This document shows, piece after piece, positions 28,030 to 42,200 of a DNA stretch of 64,000 bases. Position 1 is the stretch's first letter. Each line of letters begins with the position of its first letter. Below the pieces are notes generated by a model. The model was not told the DNA's origin. It worked only from the letters and a program-made list of their open reading frames with translations, and searched no databases. The position numbers were made by a program, and so were the translations under genes. The stretch covers positions 4,422 through 68,421 of the forward strand of contig CAXHJY010000530.1 in assembly GCA_964016885.1 (NCBI GenBank), written 5' to 3'. Source of the DNA: Eledone cirrhosa (lineage: Eukaryota).

Positions 28030-31000
28030 ACTGGGAAGACTGGAACAGGTAGATGATACTAACAACTGGGAAGACTGGAACAGGTAGATGATACTAACAA
28101 CTGGGAAGACTGGAACAGGTAGATGATACCAACAACTGGGAAGACTGGAACAGGTAGATGATACCAACAACTGGGAAGACTGGAACAGGTAGATGATACC
28201 AACAACTGGGAAGACTAGAACAGGTAGATGATACTAACAACTGGGAAGACTGGAACAGGTAGAAGATACCAAAAACTGGGAAGACTGGAACAGGTAGATG
28301 ATACCAACAACTGGGAAGACTGGAACAGGTAGATGATACTAACAACTGGGAAGACTGGAACAGGTAGATGATACTAACAACTGGGAAGACTGGAACAGGT
28401 AGATGATACTAACAACTGGGAAGACTGGAACAGGTAGATGATACCAACAACTGGGAAGACTGGAACATGTAGATGATACCAACAACTGGGAAGACTGGAA
28501 CAGGTAGATGATACTAACAACTGGGAAGACTGGAACAGGTAGAAGATACCAACAACTGGGAAGACTGGAACAGGTAGATGATACCAACAACTGGGAAGAC
28601 TGGAACAGGTAGATGATACCAACAACTGGGAAGACTGGAACAGGTAGATGATACCAACAACTGGGAAGACTGAAACAGGTAGATGATACCAACAACTGGG
28701 AAGACTAGAACAGGTAGATGATACTAACAACTGGGAAGACTGGAACAGGTAGAAGATACCAAAAACTGGGAAGACTGGAACAGGTAGATGATACCAACAA
28801 CTGGGAAGACTGGAACAGGTAGATGATACTAACAACTGGGAAGACTGGAACAGGTAGATGATACTAACAACTGGGAAGACTGGAACAGGTAGAAGATACC
28901 AAAAACTGGGAAGACTGGAACAGGTAGATGATACCAACAACTGGGAAGACTGGAACAGGTAGATTATACTAACAACTGGGAAGACTGGAACAGGTAGATG
29001 ATACTAACAACTGGGAAGACTGGAACAGGTAGATGATACTAACAACTGGGAAGACTGGAACAGGTAGATGATACCAACAACTGGGAAGACTGGAACATGT
29101 AGATGATACCAACAACTGGGAAGACTGGAACAGGTAGATGATACTAACAACTGGGAAGACTGGAACAGGTAGAAGATACCAACAACTGGGAAGACTGGAA
29201 CAGGTAGATGATACTAACAACTGGGAAGACTGGAACAGGTAGATGATACCAACAACTGGGTAGACTGGAACAGGTAGATCATACTAACACCTGGGAAGAC
29301 TGGAACAGGTAGATGATACCAACAACTGGGAAGACTGGAACAGGTAGATGATACCAACAACTGGGAAGACTGGAACAGGTAGATGATACTAACAACTGGG
29401 AAGACTGGAACAGGTAGATGATACCAACAACTGGGAAGACTGGAACAGGTAGATGATACCAACAACTGGGAAGACTGGAACAGGTAGATGATACCAACAA
29501 CTGGGAAGACTGGAACAGGTAGATGATACTAACAACTGGGAAGACTGGAACAGGTAGATGATACCAACAACTGGGAAGACTGGAGCAGGTAGATGATACC
29601 AACAACTGGGAAGACTGGAACAGGTAGATGATACCAATAACTGGGAAGACTGGAACAGGTAGATGATACTAACAACTGGGAAGACTGGAACAGGCAGATG
29701 ATACTAACAACTGGGAAGACTGGAACAGGTAGATGATACTAACAACTGGGAAGACTGGAACAGGTAGATGATACCAACAACTGGGAAGACTGGAACAGGT
29801 AGCTGATACCAACAACTGGGAAGACTGGAACAGGTAGATGATACCAACAACTGGGAAGACTGGAACAGGTAGATGATACTAACAACTGGAAAGACTGGAA
29901 CAGGTAGATGATACCAACAACTTGGAAGACTGGAACAGGTAGATGATACCAACAACTGGGAAGACTGGAACAGGTAGATGATACCAACAACTGGGAAGAC
30001 TGGAACAGGTAGATGATACTAACAACTGGCAAGACTGGAACAGGTAGATGATACCAACAACTGGGAAGACTGGAACAGGTAGATGATACCAACAACTTGG
30101 AAGACTGGAACAGGTAGATGATACCAACAACTGGGAAGACTGGAACAGGTAGATGATACCAACAACTGGGAAGACTGGAACAGGTAGATGATACTAACAA
30201 CTGGGAAGACTGGAACAGGTAGATGATACCAACAACTGGGAAGACTGGAACAGGTAGATGATACTAACAACTGGGAAGACTGGAACAGGTAGATGATACC
30301 AACAACTGGGAAGACTGGAACAGGTAGATGATACTAACAACTGGGAAGACTGGAACAGGTAGATGATACCAACAACTGGGAAGACTGGAACAGGTAGATG
30401 ATACCAACAACTGGGAAGACTGGAACAGGTAGATGATACTAACAACTGGGAAGACTGGAACAGGTAGATGATACCAACAACTGGGAAGACTGGAACAGGT
30501 AGATGATACCAACAACTGGGAAGACTGGAACAGGTAGATGATACTAACAACTGGGAAGACTGGAACAGGTAGATGATACCAACAACTGGGAAGACTGGAA
30601 CAGGTAGATGATACCAACAACTGGGAAGACTGGAACAGGTAGATGATACTAACAACTGGGAAGACTGGAACAGGTAGATGATACCAACAACTGGGAAGAC
30701 TGGAACAGGTAGATGATACCAACAACTGGGAAGACTGGAACAGGTAGATGATACCAATAACTGGGAAGACTGGAACAGGTAGATGATACTAACAACTGGG
30801 AAGACTGGAACAGGCAGATGATACTAACAACTGGGAAGACTGGAACAGGTAGAAGATACTAACAACTGGGAAGACTGGAACAGGTAGATGATACCAACAA
30901 CTGGGTAGACTGGAACAGGTAGATGATACTAACAACTGGGAAGACTGAAACAGGTAGATGATACTAACAACTGGGAAGACTGAAACAGGTAAATGATACT

Positions 31001-33280
31001 AACAACTGGGAAGACTGGAACAGGTAGATGATACTAACAACTGGGAAGACTGGAACAGGTAGATGATACCAACAACTGGGAAGACTGGAACAGGTAGATG
31101 ATACTAACAACTGGGAAGACTGGAACAGGTAGATGATACCAACAACTGGGAAGACTGGAACAGGTAGATGATACTAACAACTGGGAAGACTGGAACAGGT
31201 AGATGATACCGACAACTGGGAAGACTGGAACAGGTAGATAATACCAACAACTGGGAAGACTGGAACAGGTAGATGATACTAACAACTGGGAAGACTGGAA
31301 CAGGTAGATGATACCAACAACTGGGAAGACTGGAACAGGTAGATGATACTAACAACTGGGAAGACTGGAACAGGTAGATGATACTAACAACTGGGAAGAC
31401 TGGAACAGGTAGATGATACCAACAACTGGGAAGACTGGAACAGGTAGATGATACCAACAACTGGGAAGACTGGAACAGGTAGATGATACCAACAACTGGG
31501 AAGACTAGAACAGGTAGATGATACTAACAACTGGGAAGACTGGAACAGGTAGAAGATACCAAAAACTGGGAAGACTGGAACAGGTAGATGATACCAACAA
31601 CTGGGAAGACTGGAACAGGTAGATGATACTAACAACTGGGAAGACTGGAACAGGTAGATGATACTAACAACTGGGAAGACTGGAACAGGTAGATGATACT
31701 AACAACTGGGAAGACTGGAACAGGTAGATGATACCAACAACTGGGAAGACTGGAACATGTAGATGATACCAACAACTGGGAAGACTGGAACAGGTAGATG
31801 ATACTAACAACTGGGAAGACTGGAACAGGTAGAAGATACCAACAACTGGGAAGACTGGAACAGGTAGATGATACCAACAACTGGGAAGACTGGAACAGGT
31901 AGATGATACTAACAACTGGGAAGACTGGAACAGGTAGAAGATACCAACAACTGGGAAGACTGGAACAGGTAGATGATACCAACAACTGGGAAGACTGGAA
32001 CAGGTAGATGATACCAACAACTGGGAAGACTGGAACAGGTAGATGATACCAACAACTGGGAAGACTGAAACAGGTAGATGATACCAACAACTGGGAAGAC
32101 TAGAACAGGTAGATGATACTAACAACTGGGAAGACTGGAACAGGTAGAAGATACCAAAAACTGGGAAGACTGGAACAGGTAGATGATACCAACAACTGGG
32201 AAGACTGGAACAGGTAGATGATACTAACAACTGGGAAGACTGGAACAGGTAGATGATACTAACAACTGGGAAGACTGGAACAGGTAGAAGATACCAAAAA
32301 CTGGGAAGACTGGAACAGGTAGATGATACCAACAACTGGGAAGACTGGAACAGGTAGATTATACTAACAACTGGGAAGACTGGAACAGGTAGATGATACT
32401 AACAACTGGGAAGACTGGAACAGGTAGATGATACTAACAACTGGGAAGACTGGAACAGGTAGATGATACCAACAACTGGGAAGACTGGAACATGTAGATG
32501 ATACCAACAACTGGGAAGACTGGAACAGGTAGATGATACTAACAACTGGGAAGACTGGAACAGGTAGAAGATACCAACAACTGGGAAGACTGGAACAGGT
32601 AGATGATACTAACAACTGGGAAGACTGGAACAGGTAGATGATACCAACAACTGGGTAGACTGGAACAGGTAGATCATACTAACAACTGGGAAGACTGGAA
32701 CAGGTAGATGATACCAACAACTGGGAAGACTGGAACAGGTAGATGATACCAACAACTGGGAAGACTGGAACAGGTAGATGATACTAACAACTGGGAAGAC
32801 TGGAACAGGTAGATGATACCAACAACTGGGAAGACTGGAACAGGTAGATGATACCAACAACTGGGAAGACTGGAACAGGTAGATGATACCAACAACTGGG
32901 AAGACTGGAACAGGTAGATGATACTAACAACTGGGAAGACTGGAACAGGTAGATGATACCAACAACTGGGAAGACTGGAGCAGGTAGATGATACCAACAA
33001 CTGGGAAGACTGGAACAGGTAGATGATACCAATAACTGGGAAGACTGGAACAGGTAGATGATACTAACAACTGGGAAGACTGGAACAGGCAGATGATACT
33101 AACAACTGGGAAGACTGGAACAGGTAGATGATACTAACAACTGGGAAGACTGGAACAGGTAGATGATACCAACAACTGGGAAGACTGGAACAGGTAGCTG
33201 ATACCAACAACTGGGAAGACTGGAACAGGTAGATGATACCAACAACTGGGAAGACTGGAACAGGTAGATGATACTAACAA
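28030..33280. repeat. Duplicated ~1.85-kb segment (28.0-29.9 kb recurring at 31.3-33.3 kb; offsets 3,290 and 3,395 bp); repeated in copy B
   Basis: ORFs 28094/31384 (+3,290 = 94 monomers) and 28969/32364 (+3,395 = 97 monomers). tggagcagg 29581/32976 and agctg 29801/33196. The second copy has three extra monomers near 31.9 kb. Confidence 0.85.
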
Positions 33281-36200
33281 CTGGGAAGACTGGAACAGGT
33301 AGAAGATACCAACAACTGGGAAGACTGGAACAGGTAGATGATACTAACAACTGGGAAGACTGGAACAGGTAGATGATACCAACAACTGGGAAGACTGGAA
33401 CAGGTAGATCATACTAACAACTGGGAAGACTGGAACAGGTAGATGATACCAACAACTGCGAAGACTGGAACAGGTAGATGATACCAACAACTGGGAAGAC
33501 TGGAACAGGTAGATGATACTAACAACTGGGAAGACTGGAACAGGTAGATGATACCAACAACTGGGAAGACTGGAACAGGTAGATGATACCAACAACTGGG
33601 AAGACTGGAACAGGTAGATGATACCAACAACTGGGAAGACTGGAACAGGTAGATGATACCAACAACTGGGAAGACTGGAACAGGTAGATGATACTAACAA
33701 CTGGGAAGACTGGAACAGGTAGATGATACCAACAACTGGGAAGACTAGAACAGGTAGATGATACCAACAACTGGGGAGACTGGAACAGGTAGATGATACC
33801 AACAACTGGGAAGACTGGAACAGGTAGATGATACCAATAACTGGGAAGACTGGAACAGGTAGATGATACTAACAACTGGGAAGACTGGAACAGGCAGATG
33901 ATACTAACAACTGGGAAGACTGGAACAGGTAGAAGATACTAACAACTGGGAAGACTGGAACAGGTAGATGATACCAACAACTGGGTAGACTGGAACAGGT
34001 AGATGATACTAAAAACTGGGAAGACTGAAACAGGTAGATGATACTAACAACTGGGAAGACTGGAACGGGTAGATGATACTAACAACTGGGAAGACTGGAA
34101 CAGGTAGATGATACCAACAACTGGGAAGACTGGAACAGGTAGATGATACTAACAACTGGGAAGACTGGAACAGGTAGATGATACCAACAACTGGGAAGAC
34201 TGGAACAGGTAGATGATACTAACAACTGGGAAGACTGGAACAGGTAGATGATACCAACAACTGGGAAGACTGGAACAGGTAGATGATACCAACAACTGGG
34301 AAGACTGGAACAGGTAGATGATACTAACAACTGGGAAGACTGGAACAGGTAGATGATACCAACAACTGGGAAGACTGGAACAGGTAGATGATACCAACAA
34401 CTGGGAAGACTGGAACAGGTAGATGATACCAACAACTGGGAAGACTGGAACAGGTAGATGATACCAATAACTGGGAAGACTGGAACAGGTAGATGATACT
34501 AACAACTGGGAAGACTGGAACAGGCAGATGATACTAACAACTGGGAAGACTGGAACAGGTAGAAGATACTAACAACTGGGAAGACTGGAACAGGTAGATG
34601 ATACCAACAACTGGGTAGACTGGAACAGGTAGATGATACTAAAAACTGGGAAGACTGAAACAGGTAGATGATACTAACAACTGGGAAGACTGGAACGGGT
34701 AGATGATACTAACAACTGGGAAGACTGGAACAGGTAGATGATACCAACAACTGGGAAGACTGGAACAGGTAGATGATACTAACAACTGGGAAGACTGGAA
34801 CAGGTAGATGATACCAACAACTGGGAAGACTGGAACAGGTAGATGATACTAACAACTGGGAAGACTGGAACAGGTAGATGATACCAACAACTGGGAAGAC
34901 TGGAACAGGTAGATGATACCAACAACTGGGAAGACTGGAACAGGTAGATGATACTAACAACTGGGAAGACTGGAACAGGTAGATGATACCAACAACTGGG
35001 AAGACTGGAACAGGTAGATGATACCAACAACTGGGAAGACTGGAACAGGTAGATGATACCAACAACTGGGAAGACTGGAACAGGTAGATGATACCAACAA
35101 CTGGGAAGACTGGAACAGGTAGATGATACCAACAACTGGGAAGACTGGAACAGGTAGATGATACCAACAACTGGGAAGACTGGAACAGGTAGATGATACC
35201 AATAACTGGGAAGACTGAAACAGGCAGATGATACTAACAACTGGGAAGACTGGAACAGGCAGATGATACTAACAACTGGGAAGACTGGAACAGGTAGAAG
35301 ATACTAACAACTGGGAAGACTGGAACAGGTAGATGATACCAACAACTGGGTAGACTGGAACGGGTAGATGATACTAACAACTGGGAAGACTGAAACAGGT
35401 AGATGATAATAACAACTGGGAAGACTGAAACAGGTAAATGATACCAACAACTGGGAAGACTGGAACAGTCAGATGATACTAACAACTGGGAAGACTGGAA
35501 CAGGTTGATGATACTAACAACTGGGAAGACTGGAACAGGTAGATGATACCAATAACTGGGAAGACTGGAACAGGTAGATGATACTAACAACTGGGAAGAC
35601 TGGAACAGGTAGATGATACCAACAACTGGGAAGACTGGAACAGGTAGATGATACTAACAACTGGGAAGACTGGAACAGGTAGATGATACCAACAACTGGG
35701 AAGACTGGAACAGGTAGATGATACTAACAACTGGGAAGACTGGAACAGGTAGATGATACCAACAATTGGGAAGACTGGAACAGGTAGATGATACTAACAA
35801 CTGGGAAGACTGGAACAGGTAGATGATACCAACAACTGGGAAGACTGGAACAGGTAGATGATACCAACAACTGGGAAGACTGGAACAGGTAGATGATACT
35901 AACAACTGGGAAGACTGGAACAGGTAGATGATACCAACAACTGGGAAGGCTGGAACAGGTAGATGATACCAACAACTGGGAAGACTGGAACAGGTAGATG
36001 ATACCAACAACTGGGAAGACTGGAACAGGTAGATGATACCAACAACTGGGAAGACTGGAACAGGTAGATGATAACAACAACTGGGAAGACTGGAACAGGT
36101 AGATGATACTAACAACTGGGAAGACTGGAACAGGTAGATGATACCAACAACTGGGAAGACTGGAACAGGTAGATGATACTAACAACTGGGAAGACTGGAA

Positions 36201-39200
36201 CAGGTAGATGATACTAACAACTGGGAAGACTGCAACAGGTAAATGATACTAACAACTGGGAAGACTGGAACAGGTAGATGATACCAATAACTGGGTAGAC
36301 TGGAACAGGTAGATGATACTAACAACTGGGAAGACTGGAACAGGTAGATGATAACAACAACTGGGAAGACTGGAACAGGTAGATGATACTAACAACTGGG
36401 AAGACTGGAACAGGTAGATGATACCAACAACTGGGAAGACTGGAACAGGTAGATGATACTAACAACTGGGAAGACTGGAACAGGTAGATGATACTAACAA
36501 CTGGGAAGACTGCAACAGGTAGATGATACTAACAACTGGGAAGACTGGAACAGGTAGATGATACCAATAACTGGGTAGACTGGAACAGGTAGATGATACT
36601 AACAACTGGGAAGACTGGAACAGGTAGATGATAACAACAACTGGGAAGACTGGAACAGGTAGATGATACTAACAACTGGGCAGACTGGAACAGGTAGATG
36701 ATACCAACAACTGGGAAGACTGGAACAAGTAGATGATACTAACAACTGGGAAGACTGGAACAGGTAGATGATACCAACAACTGGGAAGACTGGAACAGGT
36801 AGATGATACCAACAACTGGGAAGACTGGAACAGGTAGATGATACCAACAACTGGGAAGACTAGAACAGGTAGATGATACTAACAACTGGGAAGACTGGAA
36901 CAGGTAGAAGATACCAACAACTGGGAAGACTGGAACAGGTAGATGATACTAACAACTGGGAAGACTGGAACAGGTAGATGATACTAACAACTGGGAAGAC
37001 TGGAACAGGTAGATGATACCAACAACTGGGAAGACTGGAACAGGTAGATGATACCAACAACTGGGAAGACTGGAACAGGTAGATGATACTAACAACTGGG
37101 AAGACTGGAACAGGTAGAAGATACCAACAACTGGGAAGACTGGAACAGGTAGATGATACTAACACCTGGGAAGACTGGAACAGGTAGATGATACCAACAA
37201 CTGGGAAGACTGGAACAGGTAGATCATACTATCAACTGGGAAGACTGGAACAGGTAGATGATACTAACAACTGGGAAGACTGGAACAGGTAGATGATACC
37301 AATAACTGGGTAGACTGGAACAGGTAGATGATACTAACAACTGGGAAGACTGGAACAGGTAGATGATAACAACAACTGGGAAGACTGGAACAGGTAGATG
37401 ATACTAACAACTGGGAAGACTGGAACAGGTAGATGATACCAACAACTGGGAAGACTGGAACAGGTAGATGATACTAACAACTGGGAAGACTGGAACAGGT
37501 AGATGATACCAACAACTGGGAAGACTGGAACAGGTAGATGATACCAACAACTGGGAAGACTGGAACAGGTAGATGATACCAACAACTGGGAAGACTAGAA
37601 CAGGTAGATGATACTAACAACTGGGAAGACTGGAACAGGTAGAAGATACCAACAACTGGGAAGACTGGAACAGGTAGATGATACTAACAACTGGGAAGAC
37701 TGGAACAGGTAGATGATACCAACAACTGGGAAGACTGGAACAGGTAGATGATACCAACAACTGGGAAGACTGGAACAGGTAGATGATACTAACAACTGGG
37801 AAGACTGGAACAGGTAGAAGATACCAACAACTGGGAAGACTGGAACAGGTAGATGATACTAACAACTGGGAAGACTGGAACAGGTAGATGATACCAACAA
37901 CTGGGAAGACTGGAACAGGTAGATCATACTAACAACTGGGAAGACTGGAACAGGTAGATGATACCAACAACTGCGAAGACTAGAACAGGTAGATGATACC
38001 AACAACTGGGAAGACTGGAACAGGTAGATGATACTAACAACTGGGAAGACTGGAACAGGTAGATGATACCAACAACTGGGAAGACTGGAACAGGTAGATG
38101 ATACCAACAACTGGGAAGACTGGAACAGGTAGATGATACCAACAACTGGGAAGACTGGAACAGGTAGATGATACCAACAACTGGGAAGACTGGAACAGGT
38201 AGATGATACTAACAACTGGGAAGACTGGAACAGGTAGATGATACCAACAACTGGGAAGACTAGAACAGGTAGACGATACCAACAACTGGGAAGACTGGAA
38301 CAGGTAGATGATACCAACAACTGGGAAGACTGGAACAGGTAGATGATACCAATAACTGGGAAGACTGGAACAGGTAGATGATACTAACAACTGGGAAGAC
38401 TGGAACAGGCAGATGATACTAACAACTGGGAAGACTGGAACAGGTAGAAGATACTAACAACTGGGAAGACTGGAACAGGTAGATGATACCAACAACTGGG
38501 TAGACTGGAACGGGTAGATGATACTAACAACTGGGAAGACTGGAACAGGTAGATGATACCAACAACTGGGAAGACTGGAACAGGTAGATGATACTAACAA
38601 CTGGGAAGACTGGAACAGGTAGATGATACCAACAACTGGGAAGACTGGAACAGGTAGATGATACCAACAACTGGGAAGACTGGAACAGGTAGATGATACT
38701 AACAACTGGGAAGACTGGAACAGGTAGATGATACCAACAACTGGGAAGACTGGAACAGGTAGATGATACCAACAACTGGGAAGACTGGAACAGGTAGATG
38801 ATACCAACAACTGGGAAGACTGGAACAGGTAGATGATACCAACAACTGGGAAGACTGGAACAGGTAGATGATACTAACAACTGGGAAGACTGGAACAGGT
38901 AGATGATACCAACAACTGGGAAGACTGGAACAGGTAGATGATACCAACAACTGGGAAGACTGGAACAGGTAGATGATACCAACAACTGGGAAGACTGGAA
39001 CAGGTAGATGATACCAATAACTGGGAAGACTGAAACAGGCAGATGATACTAACAACTGGGAAGACTGGAACAGGCAGATGATACTAACAACTGGGAAGAC
39101 TGGAACAGGTAGAAGATACTAACAACTGGGAAGACTGGAACAGGTAGATGATACCAACAACTGGGTAGACTGGAACGGGTAGATGATACTAACAACTGGG

Positions 39201-42200
39201 AAGACGGAAACAGGTAGATGATAATAACAACTGGGAAGACTGAAACAGGTAAATGATACTAACAACTGGGAAGACTGGAACAGGTAGATGATACTAACAA
39301 CTGGGAAGACTGGAACAGGTTGATGATACTAACAACTGGGAAGAATGGAACAGGTAGATGATACCAATAACTGGGAAGACTGGAACAGGTAGATGATACT
39401 AACAACTGGGAAGACTGGAACAGGTAGATGATACCAACAACTGGGAAGACTGGAACAGGTAGATGATACTAACAACTGGGAAGACTGGAACAGGTAGATG
39501 ATACCAACAACTGGGAAGACTGGAACAGGTAGATGATACTAACAACTGGGAAGACTGGAACAGGTAGATGATACCAACAATTGGGAAGACTGGAACAGGT
39601 AGATGATACTAACAACTGGGAAGACTGGAACAGGTAGATGATACCAACAACTGGGAAGACTGGAACAGGTAGATGATACCAACAACTGGGAAGACTGGAA
39701 CAGGTAGATGATACTAACAACTGGGAAGACTGGAACAGGTAGATGATACCAACAACTGGGAAGACTGGAACAGGTAGATGATACCAACAACTGGGAAGAC
39801 TGGAACAGGTAGATGATACCAACAACTGGGAAGACTGGAACAGGTAGATGATACCAACAACTGGGAAGACTGGAACAGGTAGATGATACCAACAACTGGG
39901 AAGACTGGAACAGGTAGATGATAACAACAACTGGGAAGACTGGAACAGGTAGATGATACTAACAACTGGGAAGACTGGAACAGGTAGATGATACCAACAA
40001 CTGGGAAGACTGGAACAGGTAGATGATACTAACAACTGGGAAGACTGGAACAGGTAGATGATACTAACAACTGGGAAGACTGCAACAGGTAGATGATACT
40101 AACAACTGGGAAGACTGGAACAGGTAGATGATACCAATAACTGGGTAGACTGGAACAGGTAGATGATACTAACAACTGGGAAGACTGGAACAGGTAGATG
40201 ATAACAACAACTGGGAAGACTGGAACAGGTAGATGATACTAACAACTGGGAAGACTGGAACAGGTAGATGATACCAACAACTGGGAAGACTGGAACAGGT
40301 AGATGATACTAACAACTGGGAAGACTGGAACAGGTAGATGATACTAACAACTGGGAAGACTGCAACAGGTAGATGATACTAACAACTGGGAAGACTGGAA
40401 CAGGTAGATGATACCAATAACTGGGTAGACTGGAACAGGTAGATGATACTAACAACTGGGAAGACTGGAACAGGTAGATGATAACAACAACTGGGAAGAC
40501 TGGAACAGGTAGATGATACTAACAACTGGGCAGACTGGAACAGGTAGATGATACCAACAACTGGGAAGACTGGAACAGGTAGATGATACTAACAACTGGG
40601 AAGACTGGAACAGGTAGATGATACCAACAACTGGGAAGACTGGAACAGGTAGATGATACCAACAACTGGGAAGACTGGAACAGGTAGATGATACCAACAA
40701 CTGGGAAGACTAGAACAGGTAGATGATACTAACAACTGGGAAGACTGGAACAGGTAGAAGATACCAACAACTGGGAAGACTGGAACAGGTAGATGATACT
40801 AACAACTGGGAAGACTGGAACAGGTAGATGATACTAACAACTGGGAAGACTGGAACAGGTAGATGATACCAACAACTGGGAAGACTGGAACAGGTAGATG
40901 ATACCAACAACTGGGAAGACTGGAACAGGTAGATGATACTAACAACTGGGAAGACTGGAACAGGTAGAAGATACCAACAACTGGGAAGACTGGAACAGGT
41001 AGATGATACTAACAACTGGGAAGACTGGAACAGGTAGATGATACCAACAACTGGGAAGACTGGAACAGGTAGATCATACTAACAACTGGGAAGACTGGAA
41101 CAGGTAGATGATACTAACAACTGGGAAGACTGGAACAGGTAGATGATACCAATAACTGGGTAGACTGGAACAGGTAGATGATACTAACAACTGGGAAGAC
41201 TGGAACAGGTAGATGATAACAACAACTGGGAAGACTGGAACAGGTAGATGATACTAACAACTGGGAAGACTGGAACAGGTAGATGATACCAACAACTGGG
41301 AAGACTGGAACAGGTAGATGATACTAACAACTGGGAAGACTAGAACAGGTAGATGATACTAACAACTGGGAAGACTGGAACAGGTAGAAGATACCAACAA
41401 CTGGGAAGACTGGAACAGGTAGATGATACTAACAACTGGGAAGACTGGAACAGGTAGATGATACTAACAACTGGGAAGACTGGAACAGGTAGATGATACC
41501 AACAACTGGGAAGACTGGAACAGGTAGATGATACCAACAACTGGGAAGACTGGAACAGGTAGATGATACTAACAACTGGGAAGACTGGAACAGGTAGAAG
41601 ATACCAACAACTGGGAAGACTGGAACAGGTAGATGATACTAACAACTGGGAAGACTGGAACAGGTAGATGATACCAACAACTGGGAAGACTGGAACAGGT
41701 AGATCATACTAACAACTGGGAAGACTGGAACAGGTAGATGATACCAACAACTGCGAAGACTAGAACAGGTAGATGATACCAACAACTGGGAAGACTGGAA
41801 CAGGTAGATGATACTAACAACTGGGAAGACTGGAACAGGTAGATGATACCAACAACTGGGAAGACTGGAACAGGTAGATGATACCAACAACTGGGAAGAC
41901 TGGAACAGGTAGATGATACCAACAACTGGGAAGACTGGAACAGGTAGATGATACCAACAACTGGGAAGACTGGAACAGGTAGATGATACTAACAACTGGG
42001 AAGACTGGAACAGGTAGATGATACCAACAACTGGGAAGACTAGAACAGGTAGATGATACCAACAACTGGGAAGACTGGAACAGATAGATGATACCAACAA
42101 CTGGGAAGACTGGAACAGGTAGATGATACCAATAACTGGGAAGACTGGAACAGGTAGATGATACTAACAACTGGGAAGACTGGAACAGGCAGATGATACT

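Larger units (their letters stand above)
1600..33200. repeat. Large tandem duplication, copy A (~31.6 kb, 903 monomers)
   Basis: Rare markers recur at +31,605 bp: ctgggcagac 5071/36676, atgctaaaaa 11851/43456, gaggtag 15376/46981; ORFs 3104/34709 and 10839/42444. Past ~19 kb they recur at +27,930 bp: ORFs 22319/50249, agctg 33196/61126. Boundaries are approximate (about 100 bp). Confidence 0.93.
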
